From Octopus sinensis (taxonomy: Eukaryota), in assembly GCF_006345805.1 (NCBI RefSeq), contig NC_043003.1, forward strand, positions 101,618,001-101,682,000: DNA of 64,000 bases. Reading direction: 5' to 3'. Below, one piece after another: positions 28,701 to 43,367 of the stretch. The first letter of the stretch is position 1. Each line of letters opens with the position of its first letter. The notes beneath the pieces are model-generated. The model was given only the letters and a program-made list of their open reading frames with translations, was not told the DNA's origin and made no database searches. The position numbers and the translations under genes are program-made.

Positions 28701-31566
28701 TTGCCCTCAAGAGAGCAATTAGAGTAGAGTCGATTAGGTTAGTAAGACTAGTATTGAACGTAGGAGAGAGAGAGAGAGAGAGAGGGATTTAGTTAAGAAA
28801 CTAGACGAGGCTCTTGACACTGGCATCGCGACCGACGTGTTGGCAGCAAGGTTGGCCCTCGACCAACACTTCGACGCCAAACACGAAGGCTGCGTTGTCA
28901 GAGCTAAGCACGTTCGCTAAGCGGGGAGGGGACTAGAGCCGCTCGATGGGCCCGCGTGGCGGAGGCGAAGCGAGGCAACAGAGCAACCATTCGGTCTTTG
29001 GTGGACCAGAACGGGCGCGAGGTTACCCAACCGAAGCAGATGTGTACGGTGCTTCAGCGGCACTTTGCTCAACTGTTTGGGACGAGCGGTGGAACGGACA
29101 CCAACGGTACAGACTTCGGTGTGTACCTGGACGGACTGCCGCAACTCTCGGACAGCGAGGCAGAGTGCTGCGAAGGACCGATATCTGCCTGGGAAGTACA
29201 GGAAGCGATGAAGAGTTGCACGAGAGGTAGATCGCCGGGTTTGGATGGTCTGCCCTACGAGCTTTACTTTTCAATGCCAGACTTGTTTGCGGACCTGTTG
29301 GCAAACGTCTACTGCAACTGGCAGCAAAACGGGAGAATTCCTGCTTTTGTCTGTCGAGGGGTGGTGGCTTTGCTAAAGAAGGACCCAAACAAGGGGGACG
29401 TTATAGGGAATTTCCGGCCCATCACTCTGCTCAATGCAGAGTTGAAGATTTTGGCCAAGGTGCTAGCCAAGAGATTGGCGCTTGTCGTGGACAAGCTGGT
29501 CGGCGGGACGCAGACATGCGCCGTGCCGACCAGGTCGATACACGACAACTCCATCTCATGCGCTACATCATAGAGAGGGTGGGTAACGACGCTGGCGCGG
29601 GTGGGGCTTTGATCAACTTGGATCAGAGTAAAGCCTTCGATAGGGTCGACCATCGGTACCTGGCAGCTGTCCTCAAGGCAGCCGGCTTCGGTCCAGTCTT
29701 CCGCGGGTGGATCGCTGCTTTATACAGCAACATCTGCTCGGTGATACGGGTGAACGGTCACCTTTCGGAACCGTTCGACATCTCGCGTTCGGTCCGCCAA
29801 GGATGCCCTCTCTCCTCCCTCTTGTACATTTTGACTCTCGAGCCATTACTGCGCAAGTTGGAGGCTTTGAGGGGCATCCCGCGCGATCTAGGAGGCGGAA
29901 ACAGCGTGTCTGCTTATGCCGACGACGTCACCGTGGTGGTGTCGAGCCACAGGCACATTGGCCTGATTGGCGAGACGCTAAACCAGTACGAAGCGGTGAC
30001 AGGGGCAAAGATTAACGCGGAAAAGTCTGTGGGCTTGCAACTGGGCACCTGGAGAGGCAAGCCCATGCCGTCCAACAGCGTCGTAGGGCGCTGGACAGAC
30101 GGACCCGTTAAACTGCTCGGGGTCTGGTTCGGTCCGGACCTCCAGGTGGATAAGAACTGGGAAGAGGTGACGAGCAGGGTGGCACGTCTCACCCAGAAAT
30201 GGGCCGAGAGGAAGCTGTCCCTGAAAGGTCGAGCGGAGGTGGCGAATGCGTACATCGCATCCGTCATCTATTACCGCTTGACCGTCGTCCCTTGTCCCGA
30301 CCGCTGGTTGGCCAAGCTGGTACGCCTGCTCTTCGACTTTTTGTGGAAGGGTCAGGTGCCACTGGTCAGGCGATCCATCTGCTGTCAACGACCGCTGAAC
30401 GGAGGCCTTGGAATGCCGTGGTTGCTGTTGCGCAGACATGCGCTCAGGCTGCGGCATCTCAAGCGCTTCCTAGACGGTGAACAGGTGTGGTCGTCTTTTG
30501 TCAGACGCGATTTTCCGCAGCTCGTCTCTTTGACGGAGCTGCGCTGGATCAAACTAGACAGTAGACCGAGAAAGGGCGCTTGGCACCTCGAGTGCCGTCA
30601 AGCCCTCTCCGCCCTCCACCAGGCGGGCAATGCGGTCGGTTACAGCTCCACTCTAGCGTTCTATAGAGGGTTAGTGGAGGAAAAATGCGACGACGTTCTT
30701 GGGGAAACTCTAGGCGTTGAAGACGACGAACTGAGCGGTCTGTTCGGGAGGACTTTCGGGCCGGGGCCGATGGATAATTTCCAGAGGTCTCTCGCCTGGC
30801 AGTGCTACCGAGGGGCTCTGCCTGTTCGAGATAAACTCTACCGGCACGGAAGTGCCGTCAGCCGGGCCTGCCCGAGGTGTTGCCAGGACGACGAAACCGT
30901 TCTGCACGCACTCGTCCAGTGCCCGAGTATTGCTGAAATATGGGTTTATGTCGAACAGCTACTGTCACGTGTAGGACGGATCCGACTATCGGCCGAATCC
31001 ATAGTGAAGATTGCCCCGCCGACCTCCTTTAACAAGGAGGGCGAGGCCGTTTTCTTGTGCCTAGTGGCTGTGGCGAAAGAGGTCGTGTGGTGGACTCGTT
31101 GAAAGGGCTAAAGACAGACACTTTCCTCTTTGGTCAAGGCCTCATCAACTTTTTCAAGTTTCACTTGAAAAGGAAGATGAGGTTAGAGAGGAAAGTGCTG
31201 TCCGATAGCAAGTTTTATGAAAGGTGGGTGAATTGTGCGAGACTGGCCTGTATAAATGGACCAGTTCTCAGGTTTCGCCTGTGATTTCAAAGAAAAAGGT
31301 AATGTAAAAGGAGAAGAAAGGGGACTCTCTACACCCCCTTTTTTTGACCAGGCCCGTTGGCTTTTGTAGGGTTTTTTCCACCAGGAACCTTTCGAGACGT
31401 CTCCCCCTTTTGGGAGTTTTTCATTGTTGAATTTTATAAGTTGTTATAAAGATTTTTACTCGATGTTTTTAAAAAAAACGGCAAAACCCTTTGTAACCTT
31501 TCGTCCTGTCTTGTCCCTTTATGTAATCATGCGTGTCAGCCCTTGTGGCCAATAAAAAAGAATTGA

Positions 31567-31597
<31 letters not shown>

Positions 31598-31731
31598 TAT
31601 TATTATTATTATTATTATTACTATATTATTAATTATTATTATTATTACTATTATTATATATTACATTACTATTATATTATATTATTATTATATTATACTA
31701 TTATTATTATATATTATTATTATTACTATTA

Positions 31732-31797
<66 letters not shown>

Positions 31798-31981
31798 TAT
31801 TATTATTATTATTATATTATTATTACTATTATTATTATTATTATTATTACTATTATTATTATTATTATTACTATTATTATTACTATTATTATTATTATTA
31901 TTACTATTACTATTATTATTATTATTATTACTATTATTATTATTATTATTATTATTACTATTATTATTATTATTATTATAC

Positions 31982-32016
<35 letters not shown>

Positions 32017-32060
32017 TATATTATTATTATTATTATTACTATATTATTATTATTATACTA

Positions 32061-32110
<50 letters not shown>

Positions 32111-32457
32111 TATTATTATTATATTATTACTATTATTATTTATTATTATTATTACTATTATTATTATTATTATTATTACTATTATTATTATTATTATTAC
32201 TATTAAGTTGTTATAAAGATTTTTACTCGATGTTTTTAAAAAAAGGCAAAACCCTTTGTAACCTTTCGTCCTGTCTTGTCCCTTTATGTAATCATGCGTG
32301 TCAGCCCTTGTGGCCAATAAAAAAGAATTGATATTATTATTATTATTACTATTATTATATTATTATTATTATTATTATTATATATTATTATTATTATTAT
32401 ATTATATATTATTATAATTATTATTATTATTATTACTATTATTATTATTATTAACTA

Positions 32458-32548
<91 letters not shown>

Positions 32549-32694
32549 TATTACTATTATTATTATTATATATTACTATTATTACTATTATTATTATTAT
32601 ATTACTATTATTATTATTATATTATTATTACTATTACTATTATTATTATTATTATTATTATTATTACTACTATTATTATTATTATTACTACTAC

Positions 32695-32727
<33 letters not shown>

Positions 32728-32730
32728 TAC

Positions 32731-32800
<70 letters not shown>

Positions 32801-32854
32801 TACTATTATTATTATTATTATATTACTATATTATTATTATTATTACTATTACTA

Positions 32855-32885
<31 letters not shown>

Positions 32886-35065
32886 TATTACTATTATTAT
32901 TATTACTATTATTATTATTATTATTATTATTATTACTACTATTATTATTATTATTATCATTATTGCAAGACAGCGAGCTGGTAGAATCGTTAACATGTCT
33001 GTCGCTACATTCTAACTTCAAATTTGGCTGAGGTCAACTTTGCCTTTTATCATTTCAGGGTCGATAAAATAAGTACCAGTTGAGCACTGGGGTTAATGTA
33101 ATTGACTCATCCTCTCCCCCTCAAAACTGCTACCCTTGTGACAAAATTTGAAACCATTATTATTTTTGTTGTTGTTGTTGTTATATGCTTTCCCATCAAA
33201 CTTATGTCTACTTAGATATGGAATAGGCTCAAGCAGAAGATCTTTAAGTATTTAGGTACAACATTTTATGTTCAAAATTGTTCATCATTATCATTGCCAT
33301 CACCATCAGTATCTTTGTCACTACCACCACCATCATCATCATCACTCTTTTCCATACGGGCATAGGTTTGATGGCAGTGTGTTATGGCTAGGTGTCATTC
33401 TTTGTTGCCACCCCTTTTGGTTGCCTCTCACATCATTCAGGGATACAGTGTACCTATTGCAAAAACTGTGATGCACACAGTGGGACACAATGGTTAATAT
33501 CATCCTAGATTTATTTTGGATGAAAAAAATATACTATGGAGTATCTTTGATCATAGTTGGCTTGTGGTTAAACAACAGCAACGACAACAACAAACAATCA
33601 AGGCTGAGTGATGACTCAGTATTGGATTTGATAGTTCTAGTCCTATCTCTAATTTCTTGTTTATCAGTTTATATATAATAATATATGTGCTGCTGAAGAG
33701 ATCCACACACGCGCGCATGCACACACCATCAAGAAATTCATCTTGTAGATCTATTGAGAATATTGTCTATAAACCAGCTTGGCAGCAGTCCAATGACTGA
33801 AACTCCTAAAAAGTTATAAGACTCCAGATCTCACTATATCACAGAATTTTATTTATTACTATACCCTAATTCTAAATTTAAACCTGTCACTTCTTCCAGT
33901 GAGATAAACGTAGTGGTTATTGTTTGTTTTCTTCCCTCTTCTTCACCTTTGTTAAAACATCACACTTATGTCCTATCAAACAGGTCCTATCTCTGTCAAG
34001 AACTATTTAATGTTAACTTCATATTGTCAGTCAAACATTGTTCCCTGATCACATATATATATGTTTATTTGTTCTTTAATTTCAGGCTATAAAGAGTCAT
34101 TTAAATCAGGTAATTATTACCTTTATTCCATCCCTCTCAGTTACTTTGTTTCTGTCTCTGTTTACCTGGAGCTGTTATGGTAATAACTGTATATGTGTGT
34201 ATTTATCCACAGATGCATGCACATACGTGCACCCCCCCACACACACACACTGTACTAGTTATTGATATTAGTTGTCATGATATATATTGCAATGTTTCAT
34301 CAACTGTATGGACCACACTCTTATAAATTACATGTTTTTGAATCTTTCGATTGTCTCTTCCTCTCTCAAATTTATGTTATAATTATCATCTTGGTTCATT
34401 ATTATTTTCGGTAATGTCATTTGCCATGTTTTTGACAAGTGACAAGTTAAATCATGGTATAGCACATATATAGATAGTAAAAAGGTGTTCAATAAATCTT
34501 TTCATGTGATTCAAATGTCCCACCTATTTCTATATTACCTGGTAATTATAAAAACATTACTGAACTTTCATCTGACAATGAATGTTGAATGTTGGTGTTC
34601 TGTCATTTTAATTTTTATTTACTTAATTGTTTCTATTGATATTCTTTATTTTAAATTTACATTGCATTTTATATTTTCTTGTATCATTGAAAATCATTTT
34701 ATAATTTTTCCCCAAGAAGTATTAAAAATTTTTTGTTTTTACTTTTGTGCAAAATCTTTTAATTAGAATTGTAAATATATTTCTTCCTTGAACCATCAGA
34801 AAATCTCTGATTGTGGCCTGAGCTTAACAGATACTTGTTTTTCTTCTTTATCTCTAAAAATTAATGTAAAACTTTGGTCAGTTTTGTAAAATATATCTTA
34901 AACTAGCTTAAAATTGACAAATATTTTCCAAGCAATGAACAATTTTCATCAAAACAATATCATATGTCCAACTTGGAACTAATTGCAAAGTTTCATGATA
35001 AACAACATTTTTTGTCTTCCCATTCGAGGAGGCGGAGTGGGTCAGTACAATTTTTTCTGTCTAAC

Positions 35066-35102
<37 letters not shown>

Positions 35103-38100
35103 GATTGTTTTCCACCATCACCAGTACTACTGCCATCGCCACCACAACTGCCAGACACACACCATTCAGCCACCAACATCAACACCTTTGACTTCGATGC
35201 CTTCCTCTCCACATCTCTTACTATCACCATCATGCTTGACTGCCTCAGCTACCACCACCATCATCACCGTGGCGTCTATAGCTACTACAGCTTATACTAT
35301 TACTTATTTCTTTACTGCCCACAAGGGGCTAAACACAGAGCAGACAAACAAGGACAGACACACGGATTGAGTTGATTATATCGACCCCAGGGTGTAACTG
35401 GTACTTATTTAATCGACCCCGAAAGGATGAAAGGCAAAGTCAACCTCGGCGGAATTTGAACTCAGAACTTACTATCACCCCATTACCATCTCAGTTGTCA
35501 ATCTACTGCCCACCTCACCATCTCTATGCCTACTATTACTCTCACCCCAGCAAGAGGAGTAGAAGAAGTGTCATTGAATAGTGACACACAGGCACACAAA
35601 TTCATTTTGGCTTTTATTATAGATGACTGAGTAAAACCTTAAAATTATCATATGTTCTGTCTTTGACAATTCAACCATACCTCTGATCAGAGTGGTATGT
35701 ATAAAGAGCCCCCCCCCCCCGGTGCTTTTTTTGTTATCTCACCCCCATTAAAAAATTGGGTTATTTCCCTACATTTTATGAGAAATATTGGTACTTTTGG
35801 TTATCTCCCTCAACTAAAGGAATTTTTTAACCTTCAATAAAACAAAAAAACAAAAGTGGAACGATGAAACATTGTATTGAATCTGATATTTTTTATAACA
35901 TAAGGCAGCGAGCTGGCAGAAATGTTAGCACGCTGGGCGAAATGCTTTGCAGTATTTCGTCTGTGTTTACATTGTAAGTTCAAATTCTGCTGAGGTCAAC
36001 TTTGCCTTTCATCCATTTTGGGTTGACAAATTAAGTACCAGTTGTGTACTGGGGTCGATCTAATCTACTGGCCCCTGTCCCAAAAATTTTGGACCTTGTG
36101 CCTAGAATAGAAAAGAATATCTTTATAACAAATCATACAATACTGAAAAGATTACTGAAAAAATTAGTAAACATGGAAACAGAAAAAAATTAAACATCTT
36201 ACTGAATCTGATAACATTTTTATAACAAATCATAGCATGCCTATTGAGGAGGCCAAACGTCAGCAACATGTTGAAGTATTGATTCAAAAGGATCTAACTC
36301 TTTTAATCCAATCTCTTGTCACATAAACTAAATTTTTTAGTGGGGAGATAACCAGTTTTTTAATGGCAATTTTTTTAATAGGGATGTGATAACCAACATG
36401 TACCAGACCCCCTTTGGTCACAAATGACCATGGGATTGCACATAGAAAGCTCCCTTCCTAGGTACAAGTGCAGGCAAGTTTGTTTTTGGAAGACAAGCTG
36501 TTTCCCATGCATACCAGCCTCCCCTCTCCATGCCACTGATATTATCCAAGGGAAAGGCAACGGTTGATACAGCTTGGTGCCAGTGACATCACAGCTCATT
36601 CTTACAGATGAGGAAACTGGAGCAATGTAAAATAAAGTGTCTTGCTCAAGAAACAACACACATGTCTGTATTTATTTATTTTTATATGTGAAAACTTTTC
36701 CAAGACTGTACCCAGTCATGTAAAATCAGTTTGTTCATAAAGGATGTTTCTCTTTAGATGTATCTTTTACTTGTGATGAGATGTTATCATACCTCTCATT
36801 TACAACAGATTATAAAATAAATAGTTTAAGATGCAGTACTTACCTTTGATATTCATTATTCATACAATGTTATGAACTAACTGTACATTGCTATCCATAG
36901 TATGTCTCCATTGTCATCGGGAGCAAAAAACTTTATTATATGAGGTGAAAATCTTTTATTTTTACACTGTAATCATCATATGTGGTAATTATACTCTTTA
37001 TATGATATAAGCTTGTACCTTAGATTAACAACCAAAGTATGTATGCCTTCTATAGAATATTTGCAACTTCATTTAATATCTACTTAAAGCCTCTGACTTC
37101 AAATTACAAAAAAAAAGTTTACTTTTGAGTCAATAAGATCAGACTAACAAATCTTGGAGTAATGGAGGTGCAAATTTTATGCCATATTAACAGCTCCTGT
37201 AAGAATTCCATTTAGTTGGAACTGCAGTAAAGAATTATGACTTCTGGTTTTAATATATTTACTGTCTTAAGAGATGAGTGTTGTGGAGTATAGGTAAGCT
37301 CCTGGTTAGCTAGTGTATGAGTTGGGTTTGATTCCTGTTTCACGTCATTATTTATTAATGCAATTGAGAAAAAAGGTATGGTGGTCTTACAACCTCATTC
37401 CACTCCCTAATAAATGTTCAAGGTTTCATAGTGATGAAGTCAGATCTCAGGATGTTGTTTCTTACGTGAGATGTCAAAATGCAATGTACAAAAAACGTCC
37501 AACCTATATCTGCAAGAGAAAGCAGACACAAAACATGACATATGCAGGAAAGCATTATATTTCAGCCTGTTAAAAACCCAGATGCAAGTTCTGAATGTTG
37601 CTAGTTTTACTTCACTTTACCTTGTTAATTCTTCAAGAAAGGTATGAGAGTTTTCTGTGCTTATGCAAGAATTCCTAATAATAATAGCCTTAGGTAATTA
37701 TCTGATTGGTTATTTAAATTAATGTCCATGTAAATTACAATTTAAACATGTTGTTATATTGCAAAATATCAGTTTGTTTATATATTATTCTTCATTTCTC
37801 ACTTTAGCTCTAGACCAACCCTGATCAAACAGCAGCCATACTGTTTTCTTCTAAGGACATAGTGTATTAAAAACAGTAGAATGTGATATGAGGGAGATTT
37901 GCTTGCTATTTTTGTATCCAGTGCCATTCCACTGTCCACTGCCAGCCATAGAACACAGTTCGAAAATCTTTGTCTGTGATGGTGTGTGCGGCATATTTTT
38001 CCTTGCAGCTCACACCACTCTCCTGTCGCGAACTCACAGCGCATAGCGTCCCCCGCATCACCGAACACTACACTGGCTTCATTGACCGTGACACCTCCCA

Positions 38101-41100
38101 AACGGACAATGACGTCCATCCCCATCACCACCTCGATTCCATCCACTACGCAGTCGATCACAATCACACGCAACCTCAATCTTGTTCCTCGTACCACCAT
38201 CTCCACATTGCTACTTCCTCTGCAGTCAACCTCCGTACTGTCAACAGCCCTTACACTACTCATTCCACTCCATTCTTCTACCACTTCTGGAGTCATTTGG
38301 GTTGTTGAGCAGCCCGTGTCCACAAGGGCTCATGACACCTTTCTGTTCACCGCAACTTCTACTACTGGCAATGACTATATATGCACCTCTATATTTTGAT
38401 GGGTCAACTACTGGTGCAGTAGTCTCCCTTGTACTGTTTCCCTGCACGCATTCACTAGCGACGTGGCTTATCTGTCAGCATTGATAGCAAATTGCTCCAG
38501 GCCATGTGCGAACCCTGACACCCCGCCATGTGCGAACTTTGACACCGAAAACACTGCCCTTTGAAGGGTCGTATACGTTCCTTGTTCAACCCCTCTCCAC
38601 TGCTCTTTGTTCAACCCCATCTCAGTGTTGCAGTCACTGGCAAAAGTGTCGTCCTGCAACACGAGACGATGGCTCTGGCCTGAGGTATTACTTCTCCCAT
38701 TGTCATGGAGTGAATGTTCGGCAACTTTTGCAGTTTGACCCACACATGGTCAGGAAATCCTGTCACAAAGGGTAATTTAATGGTTTGCTCTAACGCACCA
38801 CCTCATTCCATGAGTCTAGCCAATCTGATTTGGTTGGCAAACACATCGACCTGTTTGCCCATCCACTTCGCCTTCCCCAGTCGACCATATGCCATAAATG
38901 GCCCTTCTGTGAAAGCCTCCATCAGTTGGTCTCCCAATTTTTCTGCACTCAACTGGTCCTTCTCTTTCATTTCCAGGTATAGTGCCAATGCCAATCCATC
39001 AAGGTACAATGGTATAAAACTCGCTAGATCATCTATACCTTAGAGTCATGCCACCAACTTAATTTTTTGAAGCCAAGCGGTCACATCTCCCTCGCCACGA
39101 AATGGCTTAACCATCTCATTCGAAACACAGACCATACCCATAAATTTTTTTTTTTTTTGAGCTGAAATAGCTTGTAATGTAAAGGAAGAAAAAGACGGAA
39201 GTGAAGAGAGAATTATAGCAGTCTTACCTGTTGGTTCGGAAAAAGGGTCCCTTTCAACATCCATCTGCTGTTTCGATCTCCAAGGTTCACTCCACGTCTG
39301 CTCTGATGTGCTGTTCACCGCCAACTGGCCCCTTGTGCTTTGCTGATGCCGCGTGTCCACAGCAGCGCTTCTGGTGAGATCCACAGGCCCCACTTCCGAC
39401 AGGACATGCCTACTCCCTCATTTCTGATCCTTCCCTACAACACAGCCTGGCTCATAACACCACAATTGTCATATAGTGGAAAGGGTACATAAGCATGTCA
39501 GGAGTAGTGTTGGTAAACTTAGAGAAGCATGAAATTTTTGAAGGATGCAGAGTCCTGACAACTGATGTAGGTAGTTTATTCCATGCTTCAACAATTCTGA
39601 GCAAGAAAAAATATTTCCAAAAGTCATGGGTGCTGTGCTGTTTTCGTTTTTTTTTTTTAAATTTCATAAGTGTTCATCCCCTATTCACATAAATTCTAAA
39701 TCTTTTCAACCATTTTAATTTTTTAAATTTTATTCTGATTTCCCCCCACTTCCAATATTTTTCTTTTTTCTCTTCTCCAGGGCTTATTTTCCCATATTAC
39801 CATTGGTTTTTACTCCCATTGCTCCATTATTTATTATTTGTATCCAAAATTTCCATTCTTTTTTTTTCCAATGTTATCTTAACTGTTGTATAGGAAGAAT
39901 TCCAACACCCAAGATTCCAGGAGTTCCAGTTGGCTAATGCAGTTGGCATAAATACTCATTACAGAGTATGTTTCATCTTATATCTTCTGCTATTACCATA
40001 TCTTTTTCTATTGGCAGAGAAAAGCCTAATGGAATGCCTCTTGCTTATTTTTAACTTATAATTAATGTTTTTTATAACAGCTTCTCTCTCAAACTAAAGC
40101 TTCATATTTAACCAATTAAAAAAAATTATCTGCTCAATTTCTATTATTATTATTATTATCATTATTATTATTATTATTATTATTATTAAACAATAAGAAA
40201 AGAGCAATACAATTTGTAATAGAGATTGACTGTATATTGAATTGAACAAATTGAACAATATTTAACAGATTGTCTGTCTTCCTTGGCTTCAAAATGTAAA
40301 ATTAAAAATAAAAAAACTGCAGAAATTCAAAACAGGACACAAGATATTCCCATTCATATTTTTGAATTTTCTGTGTTCCTGTGACTAAAAAAATATTTTG
40401 AAGGATTGAAAATGGTATTAGCATCCTAACAATTTCCTAAAATGGTGTTAGGAAATTTCTGACAAGAGTTATGCTTGACTCCCAGTTTCTGGACACCATT
40501 ATTTTTATGATTATTAAGGAATATGGTGAGTTTAGTTACATCCATTCTTATTCAGATTTCAAATCCTGCCATTGGCCAGTTTTGCCTGTCATTCTTCTGG
40601 GAGTCAATGAAATAAGTTGCAATTATGTACTATTGTCAATTCAATTGCTTACATTCTATTCTTAGCAGATCTGTAATCTTACTCTAATGTAAGGCAGTAA
40701 AGATTACACAGCTACTAAATACCTGAGGGCAAATCAACATTTTTATAACGACAACTGCAGAAGAATGCTGATGATATAAAAATTCAAATTCTGTTTGAGC
40801 TATTTTCATATAGAAAATGTTTCAGTATTTATACATTAACACCATCAGAGTTTTGTTTCTTGATGGTCATAATACCCGCCCCACTTTTTTTTTGCAAGGC
40901 CTCTTTATCCTTATTATATGCAGTAAAGTTCAAAAGGGTAGAAATTCCAGAATTTTAGGCTCCAATTTCTGTCTCATTTTTCGATGGTTCTTCCCTGCCA
41001 ACTTTTCTATGAAAAAAAAACCCCTCCCAGTACTTCACCTCCTACAGCTATGATCCTTTGTAATATATATTATGGGCGGTAGCAGATGAAAAAGAACTTC

Positions 41101-41716
41101 CTCGTGAATTTTATTTTGGGGATTTTTTTGCTATATTACCAGTATATCCAACTCCCCTCTCTTGCTGCTGATTTTTGCAAAGACAGAAACACTCTATTTT
41201 CAAAGTGTTGCATGTTGATACTTCATGCAGCATGTGACTATTTTAAACAACATATATATATGTATATATAGGTGTGTATATTTATATATGTATGTATATA
41301 TATAGCTGTGTATATTTATATATGTGTATAGATGTGTACATTTATGGCTCAGATATAAAGGCAAAGTAATGAATAACCTTTCGGCAGTCACTATAACTCA
41401 CAACACCTTTGAGCAAAGAGCCTTGGAGTAAACAAAATAGAGATTCTCATTTCAAATTGGTATAAAAGGCTTTGTTTCAACCAGCATTAACAGGCCAAGG
41501 GGTGCAAGACAAAGGTGAAAAGTGGCTGCAAGTATACTGCCTGCACTGAACCATAATCCTCATACTTGCAGCATCTGTGGGCTTCTTTGCAAATCGTTGG
41601 TGAGACTCAAATGTCACATTTAACATAAGCATTATGACCGACAAACAAAGTGCAGGTTGTTGGATCCTCATATGTTAAAATCGCTAGGATAGTCCATCAT
41701 ATGAATGTGTGTCTGC

Positions 41717-41756
<40 letters not shown>

Positions 41757-43335
41757 ATATATGTATGTCAGGTCACTTTTATGATACTGCTAACATGTAA
41801 CTCAGTACAACCTGCTGCTTGATTGGGTTGTTAATGACCAAACTGGCAATCCCACCAAGTTTGCTTGCTAAGGAGGTTGATTTTCAGACACCCTGTGGGA
41901 TGAAAAGCAAGACTTGTCCAAGAGAGTCCAAGTCCATTCCAATATAGTCAAGAATAGATGGTGTTCACTAGTGCACTAGTTGTAGTGAAGACAATCTCTG
42001 AAATAATACTGTTTAGCAAGGACTTACAATCAGCTGATACTATTTTGCACTGGAAAAATTATGTTGTGGAGGTGTTTATAGTTTTGTTTATGGATGACTA
42101 ATAAAGAATGTACATAAATATGTCTTTATATACTAATAATTAAGAGTGCTACAAGCAACACCAGCATGCTAAAAATAGCAGTCAGAAGATGACTACAACC
42201 ACAGATTTCCAGTGATATACATTAGTTGAAATGGGGGGAATGAGCAGAAATTCCAAGCCCCTGTACCAATAATGAAAAGAATTGTAAATTGAAAAGCCAG
42301 ACATACTCGTATCGTCATGATTTTCAATTTTGTAAAAATGCCACTTAGTTCTCATCAGCAAGTCTTACTGACCCGAGGGTCATAGAAGACTGCCCATCTC
42401 AACAATGTGTGCAATGACCGTTTTTAATGTTGTGGCAAATTTAAAATGGTGACTGAAGAGAATAATAAATTACAAAAATATATAAGGATATTGTTGTTTA
42501 CAATAATATCAAGTGGCAAAAAAATAAATACCATAAGGTAAAAATATACCATAAAGTAAAAAATTATTAATTAATAATTAAGGGTGCTACAAGCAGCACC
42601 AGCATGCAAAAAATAGCAGTTAGAAGACGACTACAACCACAAATTTTCACTGATACACATTAAATGAAATCAGGGGAATGAGCAGAAATTCTAAGCTCCC
42701 ATACCAACAACAAAAATAATCATAAATTGAAAAGTCAGACATACTTGTTTTGTCATGATTTCGAACTTTGTGAAAATTCCACTTAGTTCTCACCAGTGAG
42801 TCTTACGCATGCTTGCCACTTGATACTATTGAAAACAATATATATTTTTATAATTTATTATTGACTCCAATCACCTTTTAAAATTTGTCATGGCGTTAAA
42901 AACGGTCATTGCACATATTGTTGAGATGAGCAGTCTTCTATGACCCTCGGGTCTGTAAGACTCACTGATGTGACTAAGTGGCATTTTCACAAAGTTCGAA
43001 ATTGTGATGATACGGATATGTCTGACTTTTCAATTTGCTATTCCTTTTATTATTGGTATGGGGGCTTAGACTTTCTGCTCATCTCCTTATTTCATTTAAT
43101 GTGTATCAGTGAAAAGTTGTGGTTGTAGTCATCTTCTGACTGCTATTTTTAGTGTACTGGTGCTGCTTGTAGCACCCTTAATTATTAATTAATAATTTTT
43201 TACCTTATGGTATTTTTTTACGCATGCTTGCCACTTGGTATTATTGCAAGCAATGATATCCTTATTTATATTTTTATAATATATCTATATATAAATGTAT
43301 AACCACTTTCATACTTTATATTTATAAAACTTCTT

Positions 43336-43367
<32 letters not shown>

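Noticed and set aside
31533-32317. Poly-I/L/Y ORFs
   Set aside because: Translations of (ATT)n.
40666-40688. Second microexon candidate (cttag|cagatc...aat|gtaagg)
   Set aside because: 23 or 20 nt; it breaks the frame with the supported acceptor at 45051.
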